Shown in pieces: positions 1-10,751 of a stretch of DNA of 64,000 nt. The stretch spans positions 1,789-65,788 of the forward strand of contig JAVCCW010000006.1 in NCBI GenBank assembly GCA_030765235.1, written 5' to 3'. This DNA comes from Candidatus Gorgyraea atricola. GTDB lineage: Bacteria > Omnitrophota > Gorgyraeia > Gorgyraeales > Gorgyraeaceae. The translations under genes were made by a program, and so were the position numbers. The notes below the pieces were generated by a model. The model did no database searches. It saw only the letters and a program-made list of their open reading frames with translations, and had not been told where the DNA came from. The stretch's first letter is position 1, and each line of letters begins with the position of its first letter.

Positions 1-2779
1 AGACCTCTGGGTCCTGAAATGGTATAAGAAGGTTATTGAATTCCTCAAAGAATTCTTTATAAAGGCCTGCTCGCAGGATCTCTAAAAGATATTTGTACTC
101 CATGTGCAGCCATATAGATTCATTCTCAAGCCACCCAGGCGTAAATACACTGGAGCGGCCCACCTCCTTTGAAATACCCTCAAGGGATTCATTGATCTTA
201 TACATCTTGAGCTTCTTGTCGTATAGGCCTGTTTTTTTCAATGCACTATACAGCGCCTTTTTCTTCTTTATATCCTTTTCAATCCTCATGGCCCGCACGT
301 TTCCCTCTAAAAATAAAGGTATCTTGCTAGTCTTAAACGCTGTAGGCTCTACAAGAGGAAGTTCTGTTTTTGGATCTCGTTTATTCAGATTTTTGAATTT
401 AGACACCTCGTTTGCAAAGTAAGTTGCATAAACCTTTTTGGACGGGATATATGTCTTTTTAATAACAGAGTCTATTTTTGAAAGAAATATTTTCAATATC
501 CTTTCCAGCTCTGCAATGCTAAGTGTATTTTCAGTACCACTAAGACCAAGCTTGACCTTTTCCCTGTACTTTTCCTTTAATAAATTAGCCTTATTCCAAT
601 AATAAAAATCTTTTTTAGCCTTGGATGTCTTGATGAGCGATTCCAGCTTTGTTATAAAATCTTGTATTTCCCCTGCAAGCCTAATCTTCACTGCAGGGTT
701 TAGATTTAGCTCTTTAAGCGCTTCTAATATAAAAACAATCTGTCTCTTTAACTCAAAGACCTCAGGCGTAGATGTCCCGAATAATCCTGGCAGGCCATTC
801 ATTGAATCGCACCAGCCTGGCTTATCTGCCTCCATCTCAATACCCCTGCCGCAAGGCCCTATAGACGCTATCTTATTTGCTATAATGCATAACATCTTGA
901 TAAGGAGCGTGGTCTTATATATCTTTCCTGTTCCTCTGGATGAACGCATTACATACGCGTCATCATGTCGTTTTTTTATCAGATGTTTCTTCTTAGAATC
1001 ATGCCTCAAGGAATGATACTGCCTGACCTTACCCAATCCAACTAAAAGACATTTTTCAGAGACAGGCTTTACACAATGGCTATTATCGTAGAAGGTAAAC
1101 TCTTTTTTATCCAGCAGGATCTCTTTTAGCTTCTCTGGATATATTGATAAAAAGCTCTCTACTAAATCAAGATTGTACGTCCAATGGTCTATCCAGAAAC
1201 CCTCGCTGTGCGTGGCTTCGTATTTTGCATCGCAATTCCTTAAAAGTTCGCCCAGGAATTCATGCCATGGCCTCTTTAATTTAATGCCGGCCTTTTCAAT
1301 GGTCATGAAAAGCTCTCCAGGGGAAAAATCATTCTGCAGGATATACTCTATCTTTCTTATAGCGTTTAGATCTACTTTTCCTTTAAAGGCATCTCTTAAT
1401 AATACGTTATTCTTGACCCTGAATTTTACTCCGTGCAGGACTAAGGGGTTAAAGCCATCCAGTTGCTGCAGATTGTAAAAATTCAATATATTTGAATCAC
1501 CTACATCAGGATTAAAGAACACGTCATTTCTGCGATTCTGATTTATGTCTCTGAAATTACCATTGCCCTGCGAGAAATATGTGGGATCTACATAAAATCT
1601 ATTGTAATCCCTTTCCAGGTCGCCATGCTTTCTGGAATATACATAAAAGGTGGGCGATTGATCTCCGAAATTTACTGGATAGCCGCCGCGCATGACATTA
1701 TCAAGAAATGTCTGTTTACAGTAAAGATCATACTTTTTCTCAGCTGAAGATGTGAAGACATCGTCCTGAAGTTTTTGTACAATTGTCTTATTTTCTTCTC
1801 TCTTATCTATAAAAAATTTCCTGTCGGTTAATCGCGATATCATTGAATTCAGTTTTTCTTTTGAGCCCATGTGGCCCATCAAGGAATAAAGCGTTACACT
1901 CCCTCCTTTTTTAAGCTTGGATGATGCAAGAGACATAGCGCATGGAAGTTTATTCTGACTTCTCTGCGAATCAGGCACTTTGAACCCTGGCTCATTTACA
2001 AAATGTATGGGATGCGAAAAATCATTGATCTCTCCGAAAATCAATTTCGGATCAACAAAGACAGGCAGGCATTCTGCCTTTTTCCCGTATTTAGATAAGG
2101 AGCTCAGGTAAAAATTTCCCTCGCTTATAAAAGATGTCTCAGATATGTCACTAGGATCTACCTTTAACCTATAAAACGGCGCGCCCTTTGCTATATTTTC
2201 CACAAGCATCCATGCCTCAACAGTACGCCTCATCTTTTGAAGAAAGAAATTATTCACGCCATAAGGTATAAAAAGAGGCGCGCCGTCCAATATCTCCATT
2301 TTCAAATCTTTTTTTGATATATTCTTTAATGTAACTACCCTTGCAAGGCCGGCAAAAGACTCGCCTGGTATAGTAAAATAATCTACTTCTACTTCAATGC
2401 CGAGCTCGTGATTGACTTCCTTAAGCCTGAGCTCGTGAGAGCTAATGAACATCTTTTGAATCGCATTAGAGTTCACGCAAAATGGTTCATACAGGATAGT
2501 CCCTTTTTTAGCCTTTATTTTTATAAATGTGCGGAAGCCTTGCGAAGATACAAGCTGGTAGGCCCTATTCGCGGGCAGAAATTCCATGATAGGGCTGTCT
2601 TTACTCTTAATGCCAAAACTGCACATACACTGGGCCCTATTGACATAGAACGCCCACATAGGCTTTCCAAATAGTCCTGCTATGCCTGGTAAGAAACTAG
2701 AGAAATTCCCTGCCTGGTTATAGTTTTCTATGATAAATTCGTTATTGGCGTCTATATAGTACTTTACAGACTTTTTCAT
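1..2779 (-). CDS. Large conserved protein, 3'-partial (runs off window start); weak resemblance to six-hairpin glycoside hydrolase/phosphorylase families
   Basis: Uninterrupted minus-strand frame from ATG at 2779 (MKKSVKYYIDANNEF...) to position 1. Absent from the ORF track only because no stop lies in the window. Motifs PGWCDSMNG (cf. GH94 GDWND-MN) and SIWLHMEYKY. All listed plus-strand ORFs here are short. Confidence 0.45.
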   Translation of the reverse strand, partial: MKKSVKYYIDANNEFIIENYNQAGNFSSFLPGIAGLFGKPMWAFYVNRAQCMCSFGIKSKDSPIMEFLPANRAYQLVSSQGFRTFIKIKAKKGTILYEPFCVNSNAIQKMFISSHELRLKEVNHELGIEVEVDYFTIPGESFAGLARVVTLKNISKKDLKMEILDGAPLFIPYGVNNFFLQKMRRTVEAWMLVENIAKGAPFYRLKVDPSDISETSFISEGNFYLSSLSKYGKKAECLPVFVDPKLIFGEINDFSHPIHFVNEPGFKVPDSQRSQNKLPCAMSLASSKLKKGGSVTLYSLMGHMGSKEKLNSMISRLTDRKFFIDKREENKTIVQKLQDDVFTSSAEKKYDLYCKQTFLDNVMRGGYPVNFGDQSPTFYVYSRKHGDLERDYNRFYVDPTYFSQGNGNFRDINQNRRNDVFFNPDVGDSNILNFYNLQQLDGFNPLVLHGVKFRVKNNVLLRDAFKGKVDLNAIRKIEYILQNDFSPGELFMTIEKAGIKLKRPWHEFLGELLRNCDAKYEATHSEGFWIDHWTYNLDLVESFLSIYPEKLKEILLDKKEFTFYDNSHCVKPVSEKCLLVGLGKVRQYHSLRHDSKKKHLIKKRHDDAYVMRSSRGTGKIYKTTLLIKMLCIIANKIASIGPCGRGIEMEADKPGWCDSMNGLPGLFGTSTPEVFELKRQIVFILEALKELNLNPAVKIRLAGEIQDFITKLESLIKTSKAKKDFYYWNKANLLKEKYREKVKLGLSGTENTLSIAELERILKIFLSKIDSVIKKTYIPSKKVYATYFANEVSKFKNLNKRDPKTELPLVEPTAFKTSKIPLFLEGNVRAMRIEKDIKKKKALYSALKKTGLYDKKLKMYKINESLEGISKEVGRSSVFTPGWLENESIWLHMEYKYLLEILRAGLYKEFFEEFNNLLIPFQDPEV

Positions 2780-2823
2780 ATGGAGTAATTTTAACAGATA
2801 GGTCAAAACTTAGCAAGTAAATT

Positions 2824-2854
2824 AACCCGTTCCACCTCGTAGGTGGAACGGGTT
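2824..2854 (-). terminator. Hairpin (13-bp stem AACCCGTTCCACC/GGTGGAACGGGTT) downstream of ogg; putative terminator / palindromic element
   Basis: Perfect inverted repeat between the ogg stop (2963) and the next gene's start. Arms share CCCGTTCC with other palindromes in the window. Confidence 0.4.
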
Positions 2855-2962
2855 AAGCAGTTTTAGCTCATGCCCGGGAGCTAATACAGCAGCCCTCTTT
2901 GCAGTGAGCTACAGGTCTTAGCATATATCTAACTATAATATCCATACTATCCCTCCCTTGGT

Positions 2963-3574
2963 TTATTTGAATATAATCCCTGTCTCCGTAGACCAGAACA
3001 AAAGGTCTATTTCATCCAGTGGAATATTCAATTGTTGAAAAAACTCTCTCATCTTGTTTTCTATTTTTATGTATTCTTTTTTAGTCAATGACTCTGGTAT
3101 TTTCTTTATAATCCCGTATCTTTTCAGATTCTTAAGTATATGCCTGTCGAGTATAGCCAGGTCCTGGCCAAATCCTATGTTTCTTAAAAAATGACTTGCC
3201 TCTTTATAGCCAAGGCCTTTGATGTTTTTAACGAGCCAATCCCTGGCCCTGATAAGGTCTTTTGTGTCAATCATGGCCTTTAAATCTGAACATTTTCTTG
3301 CCTCGACTAAATACCGCGCCTTATTATTAGGAAAGCGCACACCTTTTAAACAGCGCCTCACGTCTCCCTGGGAGCCTTTAAAAAGTAAATCGTGTCTCTG
3401 TAGTCTCTTTATAGCCTGATCGCAAATAACTGCCTTTGCCTGTGGTGTCAATATACAGAAACAGAGCTCAGCGAATATATCCTTATCGCCTCTTTTATAG
3501 ACATGCTGAAACTCCTGCAACCTGTTTCGTATATCTATTTTTTTCTTTTTATAACTGTCCAAAAGACTTTTCAT
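2963..3574 (-). CDS. ogg: N-glycosylase/DNA lyase, Ogg2-type 8-oxoguanine DNA glycosylase (HhH-GPD)
   Basis: ~203 aa; helix-hairpin-helix KGLGYKEASHFLRNIGF followed by catalytic D; size typical of Ogg2. Confidence 0.7.
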   Translation of the reverse strand: MKSLLDSYKKKKIDIRNRLQEFQHVYKRGDKDIFAELCFCILTPQAKAVICDQAIKRLQRHDLLFKGSQGDVRRCLKGVRFPNNKARYLVEARKCSDLKAMIDTKDLIRARDWLVKNIKGLGYKEASHFLRNIGFGQDLAILDRHILKNLKRYGIIKKIPESLTKKEYIKIENKMREFFQQLNIPLDEIDLLFWSTETGIIFK

Positions 3575-3807
3575 ATATCGAGCGCCTTAGATATCGCTTC
3601 TTTATCAAAACCTACTATTATCTGGCCGTCAATATCAAGGACAGGCACGCCCACCTGTCCTGATTTATCCATCATCTTCTTACCTGCATCAGGATCAGCA
3701 CCTACATCTATATCCTCGAATGCTATATTCTTCTCTTTAAGAAAATCCTTTGCCCTGTGACAATAAGGGCAGGTGGATGTCGAATATACCTTTACGCTTT
3801 TACTCAT
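3571..3807 (-). CDS. grx: Glutaredoxin (CPYC active site)
   Basis: 78 aa, STCPYCHRAK motif, thioredoxin fold length. Confidence 0.85.
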   Translation of the reverse strand: MSKSVKVYSTSTCPYCHRAKDFLKEKNIAFEDIDVGADPDAGKKMMDKSGQVGVPVLDIDGQIIVGFDKEAISKALDI

Positions 3808-4279
3808 AAAGCCCCCTTAATTCTATCAATTTCCTGAGATGCGACTGTTCTTCTTCGAGGAGCTTTTCGATGATCTTTTGTTCGCCCTCTAAGGCAAACT
3901 TTTTCATCTCATGATAAAAAAGGATCGAGTCTTTTTCAAATCCAATGCCTGCATCCACTGCGTCCTTCTCGCTCTTAATGCCCTTGGCTATTTCAGCGCC
4001 TTTATTTGCCTTTGTAAATACATATCCTTCTGAGAGCGCCCTGAGATAAGCAAAATATTCACCTGGATATGCCTCAGATGGTTCGTATTTCTTGACCTGA
4101 GCAAGTAGATTTTCGAATCTCTTTATGTGCTTATCCTCTTCGCCTCCAAGAAATTCAAAGATCTCTTTTGCCTTTTGACTTTTTGATATTTTTACTACAC
4201 CATCGTAAAAGGCCTTGCCATTCTTTTCTATCTGTATTCCAATTTCTACAACTTCAGGACCTGAAAAAAGATTTGCCAT
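3800..4279 (-). CDS. Ferritin-like diiron-carboxylate protein (rubrerythrin/ferritin superfamily)
   Basis: Paired E..H helices (EEDKHIKRFE ... EEEQSHLRKL), 159 aa. Confidence 0.55.
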   Translation of the reverse strand: MANLFSGPEVVEIGIQIEKNGKAFYDGVVKISKSQKAKEIFEFLGGEEDKHIKRFENLLAQVKKYEPSEAYPGEYFAYLRALSEGYVFTKANKGAEIAKGIKSEKDAVDAGIGFEKDSILFYHEMKKFALEGEQKIIEKLLEEEQSHLRKLIELRGLYE

Positions 4280-4297
4280 CTCCTGCCCTCCTCATAT

Positions 4298-4861
4298 TTA
4301 AGAAACCATTTTTATGCCTAACTTGAATGCCTTTTCCAAACAGTCAGTGTGTTTCTGCATGTCACCTTTGTCGTCTATCTTTGAACAGAAAAGTTCTGCC
4401 TTGTAATCTATATTAATAATAGCGAATAAATTCCTGACTATTGACTTCGCATTGTCAAAAAAGTCTTTCCTGTCTGAGCCCTCAACAGAAATAAAGGCGC
4501 CCTTTATTCTTTTATATCCAATATCTTTTTTTAATACAAATTTTGCCTTCCATGCGCACTGGAAACGGTCTATCATCATCTTTGTCTGCGCGGTCAGGCT
4601 GCCAAAAAATATCGGCGAGGCAATGATCAGGACATCCGTGGTTCTGATATTATCATAAAGCCTCTGCATATCATCTTCAAGAACACAGCCGCCATCATCC
4701 TTGATCGTTTCGCATTCCTGGCACGGAGAAAATTTTAGTTCATTAAGAATGATCTTCTCTGTCAGGGCGCCCTTGCTCCTGGCACCTTCAAGAACCTTGT
4801 CTAAAAGGATATCTGTATTACCGCCTGTTCTGGGACTTCCGTTAACACCTAAAACTTTCAT
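4298..4861 (-). CDS. NADPH-dependent FMN reductase-like flavoprotein (iron-sulfur flavoprotein family)
   Basis: [17 protein letters not shown]-terminus typical of the flavodoxin-like FMN reductase fold. Start moved to the internal MKVL ATG (4859-4861), which overlaps the rbr stop as TGATG. Confidence 0.7.
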   Translation of the reverse strand: MKVLGVNGSPRTGGNTDILLDKVLEGARSKGALTEKIILNELKFSPCQECETIKDDGGCVLEDDMQRLYDNIRTTDVLIIASPIFFGSLTAQTKMMIDRFQCAWKAKFVLKKDIGYKRIKGAFISVEGSDRKDFFDNAKSIVRNLFAIINIDYKAELFCSKIDDKGDMQKHTDCLEKAFKLGIKMVS

Positions 4862-5433
4862 CAGTAATTCTCGCAGAGCAGTTCGTAATGCGCTTGTGGA
4901 TGAGCGCATGCAGGACATTCCTTAGGCGCCTCTTTGCCCTCATGCACATAGCCGCAATTTCGGCATTTCCATTTTACTATTCTTTCTTTCTTAAATACAG
5001 TCCCATCTTTTATATTTTTCAGTAGTTTTCTATATCTTTTCTCATGCTCTTCCTCGACCTCTGCTATCTCTTTGAACTGATCCGCTATCTCGTTAAAACC
5101 TTCTTCGCGCGCTGTCTTTTCCGCGTCCTTGTAGAGCTTTGTCCACTCCATATTTTCACCAGCCGCTGAGGCTTCGAGGTTCTGGCTAGTATCACCTATT
5201 ACTCCTGCTGGATATGATGCCTGGATCTCCACTTCTCCGCCCTGAAGCAGCTTAAAAAACCTCTTTGCATGTTCTTTCTCGTTTTCAGCTGTTTCTAAAA
5301 ATATTGATGCTATCTGTTCGTATCCTGCCTTTTTTGCAACACTCGCAAAATAGGTGTACCGATTTCTTGCCTGCGACTCCCCTGCGAACGATGCCAGGAG
5401 ATTTTTTTCTGTCTTTGATCCTTTTAACTTCAT
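4861..5433 (-). CDS. rbr: Rubrerythrin
   Basis: Diiron ferritin-like domain with EEHAKRF / EEEHEKRY motifs plus C-terminal rubredoxin-like CRNCG...CPAC. Confidence 0.9.
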   Translation of the reverse strand: MKLKGSKTEKNLLASFAGESQARNRYTYFASVAKKAGYEQIASIFLETAENEKEHAKRFFKLLQGGEVEIQASYPAGVIGDTSQNLEASAAGENMEWTKLYKDAEKTAREEGFNEIADQFKEIAEVEEEHEKRYRKLLKNIKDGTVFKKERIVKWKCRNCGYVHEGKEAPKECPACAHPQAHYELLCENY

Positions 5434-6590
5434 AGTGCCTCCCTTATCTTTTGTTTTAATTCCTCTAATTCTTTATCATCTGGAATGTACTGTATCTTCA
5501 AACCCTTTAAAGGCTGCTCGAATTTACACGCCTCAAAAATCTTTTCTATCTCGCCAATGCTCTGACCTCCCCAGCCATATGAGCCAAAGGCAAAGCCAAC
5601 CCTATTTTTTGGCGCAAGGCCTTTCATATAAGTCAAAAAAGCTGAAACAGTAGGCATTATACCATTATTCAGAGTAGGTGAACCAACGCATATATACTTC
5701 GCCTCTAAGACCTCGGCCATTATATCAGAGATATGATCTGTAAGAAGGCTTTTCATTGTACAATTTATGCCTTTTTCTTTAAATGCATTTTCGATTGTAT
5801 GCGCCATTTTTTCAGTACTATGCCACATTGTATCATAGACAATGACTGCTTTTTTATCGCATGTATTAGTAGACCATTTTTTATAAAAATCTATGATATT
5901 CTTTAGTTTTTTGCGCCAGATCAATCCATGGCTCGGCGCTATCATATCTATATCGAGTGAACCAACAACCTCTAATGCCTTTTGTACCTGCTGGCCATAT
6001 GGAAGTACGATATTTGCATAATACTTTGCTGCTTCTTCTTTAATAATATCCCACTTAAGCTCGTCGACAAAACGCTCATCTGATGCAATATGCTGGCCAA
6101 ATGCATCATTAGACAAAAGCAGCTTCTCTTCAGAAACATAGGTCACCATTGAGTCAGGCCAATGCACCATTGGCACACATACGAATTTCAGATTTCTCTT
6201 ACCTATATTAATAGAATCGCCTGAATTAACTACCTTAAAATCCCAATCCTTCTTAAAGTGCCTTTTTAGCCCCTTTGCGCCATTAGGAGAGCACACAAGC
6301 GTTGCATTTTTTGCTATTTCCATCATCCTTGGTAATCCACCAGAGTGATCCATCTCAGTGTGATTTGAAATAATATAATCTATTTTTGCTGGATCAACTA
6401 TCTTCTTAATTCTCTCAAGCATCTCGTCAAAAAGATAGTGTTTAACAGTGTCCACGAGCACTATCTTTTCATCTATTATGAGATAGGCATTATAGGTAGA
6501 TCCACGCTGCGTGAGATAACCATGAAAATTCCTTAGATCCCAATCAATCGCCCCGACCCAATATATGCCTTTTTTAATCTCCAATCTCAT
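5430..6590 (-). CDS. fprA: Flavodiiron protein (FprA / rubredoxin:oxygen-NO oxidoreductase)
   Basis: Metallo-beta-lactamase-like HxExDH motif (HTEMDHSGG) followed by a flavodoxin domain; 386 aa. Confidence 0.9.
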   Translation of the reverse strand: MRLEIKKGIYWVGAIDWDLRNFHGYLTQRGSTYNAYLIIDEKIVLVDTVKHYLFDEMLERIKKIVDPAKIDYIISNHTEMDHSGGLPRMMEIAKNATLVCSPNGAKGLKRHFKKDWDFKVVNSGDSINIGKRNLKFVCVPMVHWPDSMVTYVSEEKLLLSNDAFGQHIASDERFVDELKWDIIKEEAAKYYANIVLPYGQQVQKALEVVGSLDIDMIAPSHGLIWRKKLKNIIDFYKKWSTNTCDKKAVIVYDTMWHSTEKMAHTIENAFKEKGINCTMKSLLTDHISDIMAEVLEAKYICVGSPTLNNGIMPTVSAFLTYMKGLAPKNRVGFAFGSYGWGGQSIGEIEKIFEACKFEQPLKGLKIQYIPDDKELEELKQKIREAL

Positions 6591-7279
6591 CCTTCCTTTA
6601 CGAATTGGTCTTTGGTGGCGCCGCAGATTGGGCAGACCCAGTTATCTGGTAACTTTTCAAATGGCGTGCCTGGCTGGACTCCGTTATCTGGATCACCTGC
6701 TGCTGGATCATAGATATAATTACAGACTTCACATCGATATTTCTGCATCTTGATACCTCCTGTAGCCATGCCTTCTCCTTTAATAAAGGTAGGCGCTGTC
6801 TTTGGTGTTGTGCCGCGTTTTACCTGGTGATAATAAGCATATGTCATAGGAGTACCTGTTTTCAAAATCTCAGATTCTAACATCTCTCCTAAAAAAAGCG
6901 TATGCGTGCCACAATCAAGCTTATTTACTACTTTTGCATCAAAATAGCCAAGTGAATAATCCACAACTACTGGACATCCAGAAGAAAGCCTTTTAGACTT
7001 GATCCCCTTAAACTTATCTTCTTTCCTACCTGAGGCAAAACCAAACTTGCCTATGAAATTAAGCGGTGTATCTTCTGACAATATAGAGACGCTGAATCTG
7101 CTGCTTTTTTCTATAAATTCATGCGTCAGATTCTGCTTATTAATGCTTACTGCAACAGTTACAGGGTCACTTGTTATCTGAATGACAGCATTCGCGATCT
7201 GACCATTTAAAGAATCGCCTTTATTTGAAGCAACGATGTACATGCCATAGCCAATATTATGCAGAACATTTGGATCCAT
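6587..7279 (-). CDS. hrb: High-molecular-weight rubredoxin (flavin reductase-like domain fused to rubredoxin)
   Basis: N-terminal flavin-reductase-like domain plus C-terminal CEVCNYIYD...CPICG rubredoxin; adjacent to fprA as in the clostridial FprA/Hrb pair. Confidence 0.8.
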   Translation of the reverse strand: MDPNVLHNIGYGMYIVASNKGDSLNGQIANAVIQITSDPVTVAVSINKQNLTHEFIEKSSRFSVSILSEDTPLNFIGKFGFASGRKEDKFKGIKSKRLSSGCPVVVDYSLGYFDAKVVNKLDCGTHTLFLGEMLESEILKTGTPMTYAYYHQVKRGTTPKTAPTFIKGEGMATGGIKMQKYRCEVCNYIYDPAAGDPDNGVQPGTPFEKLPDNWVCPICGATKDQFVKEG

Positions 7280-8570
7280 ATCTCTCTAATGCCTCCTTTA
7301 AATCTTTCTGGGGTTCGCCAATCAATTTTAGATCAAAATTTTTCTGAAGCACCTCAAATACATTCTTGGAAATAAAGGCAGGGGGTGTTGGCCCAATATA
7401 CATACCTTTTATACCAAGATACAATAAAGATAAAAGTATTGCAACTGCTTTTTGCTCAAACCAGGAAAGCACCAGCGTCAATGGCAAGCCATTTACATCA
7501 GTATTAAATGCCTTTGCTAATGCAGCTACTATCTGTACTGCAGAATAGGCATTATTACACTGACCTACGTCCAGGAGTCGTGGGATACCGTCTATGTCTC
7601 CAAAATCTAGTTTATTAAAACGATATTTTCCGCACGCCAGAGTAAGGATTACAGAATCCTTAGGTACTGATTCAGCAAATTCTGTGTAATAGTTGCGTCC
7701 TGGTTTTGCTCCATCGCATCCGCCGATTAAAAAGAAATGTTTTATCTTCCCAGATTTGACAGCTCCTACTATCTTTTCTGCCAGACCAAGCACTGCTGTG
7801 TGGTGAAAACCAGTCATGATCTTTTTACCAGGCGCCTCAGGTAGTGCGGGTAAAGACTTTGCTTTTTCTATTAACTTACTGAAGTCTTTTCTGTCTTTTA
7901 TATGATTAGCGCCAGTGACTCCAGTAATACCTATAGTAAAGAGCCTGTCCTGATAAGTATCTTTGGGCGGGATCAACACACAATTCGTAGTAGCCAGAAT
8001 CGCTCCTGGAAATTCCTTGAATTCTTTTTTCTGGTCCTGCCATGCGCTGCCAAAATTACCGACCAGGTGCGTGAATTTCTTTAATTCAGGGTAGCCATGT
8101 GCAGGAAGCATTTCGCTGTGAGTATAGACATTGATCCCGGTTCCTTGTGTTTGTTTTAAAAGCTCATAAAGATCCAAAAGGTCATGACCTGTAATAAGTA
8201 TACCGGGGCCCTTTTTTGTCCCTGTCTCAACCTCTGTAGGCACGGGATTTCCAAATCTATCTGTGTGCGCCTTATCGAGAAGTTCCATCACCTTAAGATT
8301 TATTTCTCCGCACTTCAGAACCATCTCAAGATACTGGTTCAAATCAAAGCTCACGTTCGTCACTGTCTTAAACAATGCCTCGTGCATGAATGCATCAACA
8401 GTCCCGTCTTTTGCGCCTAATTCCCTTGCGTGATACGCGTAAGCTGCTATGCCCTTGAGGCCAAAAAGCAATATATCCTGAAGACTCTGTATATCCTCAT
8501 TCTTTCCACACACGCCCATCTTTGTACATCCGCTTCCGCCTGCTGTTTGTTCACATTGATAGCAAAACAT
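7257..8570 (-). CDS. hcp: Hybrid cluster protein / hydroxylamine reductase (short class)
   Basis: Hallmark N-terminus MFCYQCEQT; 437 aa. Confidence 0.9.
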   Translation of the reverse strand: MFCYQCEQTAGGSGCTKMGVCGKNEDIQSLQDILLFGLKGIAAYAYHARELGAKDGTVDAFMHEALFKTVTNVSFDLNQYLEMVLKCGEINLKVMELLDKAHTDRFGNPVPTEVETGTKKGPGILITGHDLLDLYELLKQTQGTGINVYTHSEMLPAHGYPELKKFTHLVGNFGSAWQDQKKEFKEFPGAILATTNCVLIPPKDTYQDRLFTIGITGVTGANHIKDRKDFSKLIEKAKSLPALPEAPGKKIMTGFHHTAVLGLAEKIVGAVKSGKIKHFFLIGGCDGAKPGRNYYTEFAESVPKDSVILTLACGKYRFNKLDFGDIDGIPRLLDVGQCNNAYSAVQIVAALAKAFNTDVNGLPLTLVLSWFEQKAVAILLSLLYLGIKGMYIGPTPPAFISKNVFEVLQKNFDLKLIGEPQKDLKEALERYGSKCSA

Positions 8571-8571
8571 A

Positions 8572-8820
8572 TTAGCCCTCCTTTTGTTTTCGTTTTTTAT
8601 ATTTTTTATACTTCTCTGGGCCTATACAATCTTTTGCCATGCTGCACCAGTCAAGGCATGATTGCGGCATATCTCTTGAGACCTTTTTTTTGCAATGCGG
8701 ACAAGTAGTATCCGCTTCATCTGACCAGATCTCTACCTCTTTTCCGCACTTGCATTTTATATTCTCAGGAAAAGGCTCTTTGATTCTTTTAGAACCCGGG
8801 CATCCGTCAAAAAAACTCAC
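8572..8820 (-). CDS. Small cysteine-rich (zinc-ribbon-like) protein
   Basis: 82 aa, CKCGK...CPHCKK and C..WC.....C; immediately downstream of hcp; lysine-rich tail. Confidence 0.4.
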   Translation of the reverse strand: MSFFDGCPGSKRIKEPFPENIKCKCGKEVEIWSDEADTTCPHCKKKVSRDMPQSCLDWCSMAKDCIGPEKYKKYKKRKQKEG

Positions 8821-8821
8821 G

Positions 8822-9580
8822 CTATGCCTCCTTTATATCGCCTTTGATCCCCACAATCACTTTCTCTAAAGGAATCTTTTTGCCAGATAGTCGCAAGGCC
8901 TCTTTGACGATCTGAATCAAGCCAAAACAACACGGTACCTCCATGTGAAGAACCGTGATGCTTTTGATATTATTCAATTTAAAAAGTTCTGCCAGTTTTT
9001 CTTCATATATAGTAGCCGCATCAAGCTTCGGACAACCAATAAGAAGCACCTTGTCCCTCAGGAAATCCTGGTGAAAATCAGGATATGAAAACGCCACACA
9101 ATCCGCAGCTATAACCAGATCCGCTTCCTTTAAATAAGGCGCTTCCACAGGCACAAGCATGAGCTGTATAGGCCAATTTCCTAATTCAGGCTCGCTCTTG
9201 ACCCTCCCTTGTCTCTTGTCCCTTGCCTGCCCCGTACGAAATCTTTGATTTTCGTATGGGGTCCCTTGTCCCTTACTAAGCGTTTTCACTGCTGTTCCAG
9301 GACAACCACAGGGTAATTCTTTCTTCTCGCGCTTCTCAAGCTCCTCCAAATGCTTCTTTGTAGCCTTCTCATCAAAACCAGCTGACTCTCTTTCCTCTAT
9401 AGTTATAGCATCTTCAGGACAATGCCCAAGACACGCGCCCAGACCATCGCAGTAGATCTCTTTCACGAGCTTTGCCTTTCCATCTATTATCTGAAGCGCG
9501 CCTTCTGCGCAATTAGGGATACAAAGTCCGCAGCCCGTGCATTTTTCTTCGTCTATTTTTACGATTTTCCTTTTTGCCAT
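8822..9580 (-). CDS. 4Fe-4S ferredoxin-domain protein (hcp-associated) carrying an in-frame palindromic-element insertion
   Basis: CTGCGLCIPNC ... CLGHCP ferredoxin motifs; C-terminal Cys-rich domain. The segment GQGTPYENQRFRTGQARDKRQG is encoded by the 61-nt repeat. Confidence 0.7.
   Translation of the reverse strand: MAKRKIVKIDEEKCTGCGLCIPNCAEGALQIIDGKAKLVKEIYCDGLGACLGHCPEDAITIEERESAGFDEKATKKHLEELEKREKKELPCGCPGTAVKTLSKGQGTPYENQRFRTGQARDKRQGRVKSEPELGNWPIQLMLVPVEAPYLKEADLVIAADCVAFSYPDFHQDFLRDKVLLIGCPKLDAATIYEEKLAELFKLNNIKSITVLHMEVPCCFGLIQIVKEALRLSGKKIPLEKVIVGIKGDIKEA
9214..9274. repeat. RPE-like small palindromic element, copy A (inside ferredoxin-like CDS)
   Basis: 61 nt, 60/61 identical to 19997-20057. 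Core palindrome CCCCGTACGAAATC-TTT-GATTTTCGTATGGGG flanked by CTTGTCCC repeats. Confidence 0.85.
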
Positions 9581-9584
9581 GATC

Positions 9585-9989
9585 TTACTCCTTTAATAGA
9601 GATGCTATTGTAATCTTTTCTAATTCTTGCTTTACTAAGAGACAAATGCCTTTTAATTTTTTTCTAAGGACGCACTTCTTTACATTCGGACAGATCTTGC
9701 CTTTTAAAAGGCAGTTCGTAAAATCCAGTTTTCCTTGAAAGATTTCAATCAAATCTATCAGTCGTATTTTACTTGGGGATTTTTGAAAAGAAAATCCGCC
9801 TCTTTTCCCCTTGTGAGAGCGAAGCACCTTTTTCCTTGCCAGCTCCTGAAGTATTCTCCTTAAAAATCTCTCAGGCAGACGCTCCTCTTTGACAATCTCA
9901 TCCACTGTTATAATGTCACTCTTAGATGAGCGTGCCATGAACACTAGGGCCCGTATCGCATAATCTGTATCTCTTGCAATGAAATTCAT
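9585..9989 (-). CDS. Rrf2-family transcriptional regulator (NsrR/IscR-like)
   Basis: N-terminal wHTH typical of Rrf2 (DYAIRALVFMA); 134 aa; next to the hcp cluster. Confidence 0.85.
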   Translation of the reverse strand: MNFIARDTDYAIRALVFMARSSKSDIITVDEIVKEERLPERFLRRILQELARKKVLRSHKGKRGGFSFQKSPSKIRLIDLIEIFQGKLDFTNCLLKGKICPNVKKCVLRKKLKGICLLVKQELEKITIASLLKE

Positions 9990-10023
9990 AATGATACTAA
10001 TATAGTATTATTATCTAATTTTG

Positions 10024-10725
10024 TCAAGCCTTTTTTGAAGAAATCTTTGAAAGGAAGATGCTCAGCTCATAAAGCACTATTAAAGGTATAGCCATAAGGC
10101 ATTGCGTGATTACATCAGGTGGGGTAAGAATTGCGCCTATTATAAAGATTATCAAGATAGCATACTTCCTGTTCTTTGCCAGGGTCTGTGGTTTTACAAT
10201 ACCTGTCTTTGTAAGTAACAGTATTATTAAAGGAAGCTGAAAGACCAGGCCAAATACCAGCGTAAGCATGCATACAAAAGACACATACTTGCCTACGCTT
10301 ATCATAGGGATAACATTTACTGTGCCAAAACTCATAAGAAACTTTATCCCTATGGGCACAATCAAAAAATACCCGAAGTAGCTGCCTATTACAAAAAATA
10401 TAAATGAAAAAAATACATATAAAGAGGCGTATCTTCTTTCCCTCTTTTTTAAGCCTGCTGATATAAAATCCCAGACCTGATAGAGTATAAATGGCGAGGA
10501 AAAATACAGCCCTCCAAAAAGCGCGATCTTTATATTGGTAATAAACGCCTCCTGTGGCGCAATAAATACAAGCGTACCGTCCAGGGGCCTGACTAAATGC
10601 GAGAAAATCTTATCTGTAAAGGTATAGACAAATATAGACGCGACAATCATAAAAATAACTGATTTCATGATCGTACGTCTCAATTCTTCCAGGTGGCCGA
10701 TAAAATTAAGTCTCTTGCCTGGCAT
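10024..10725 (-). CDS. tatC: Twin-arginine translocase subunit TatC
   Basis: N-terminal HLEELRRTI motif; 6 TM segments; 233 aa. Confidence 0.85.
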   Translation of the reverse strand: MPGKRLNFIGHLEELRRTIMKSVIFMIVASIFVYTFTDKIFSHLVRPLDGTLVFIAPQEAFITNIKIALFGGLYFSSPFILYQVWDFISAGLKKRERRYASLYVFFSFIFFVIGSYFGYFLIVPIGIKFLMSFGTVNVIPMISVGKYVSFVCMLTLVFGLVFQLPLIILLLTKTGIVKPQTLAKNRKYAILIIFIIGAILTPPDVITQCLMAIPLIVLYELSIFLSKISSKKA

Positions 10726-10751
10726 ATAAAAACCTTAAACCCTTCTTGTTT

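Noticed and set aside
93-2674. Four plus-strand ORFs (88-131 aa) listed in the ORF track at the window start
   Set aside because: They lie antisense within one continuous minus-strand reading frame of more than 920 codons that runs off the window edge. Their sequences are low-complexity (F/L/S-rich), typical of antisense artefacts.
9214-9274. The 61-nt identical segments as an assembly or chimera artefact
   Set aside because: Both copies are embedded in frame in otherwise intact ORFs in different frames. They share one point difference and different flanks, and a whole family of related hairpins exists in the window. A real repeat family is more consistent. Read-level confirmation is still advisable.
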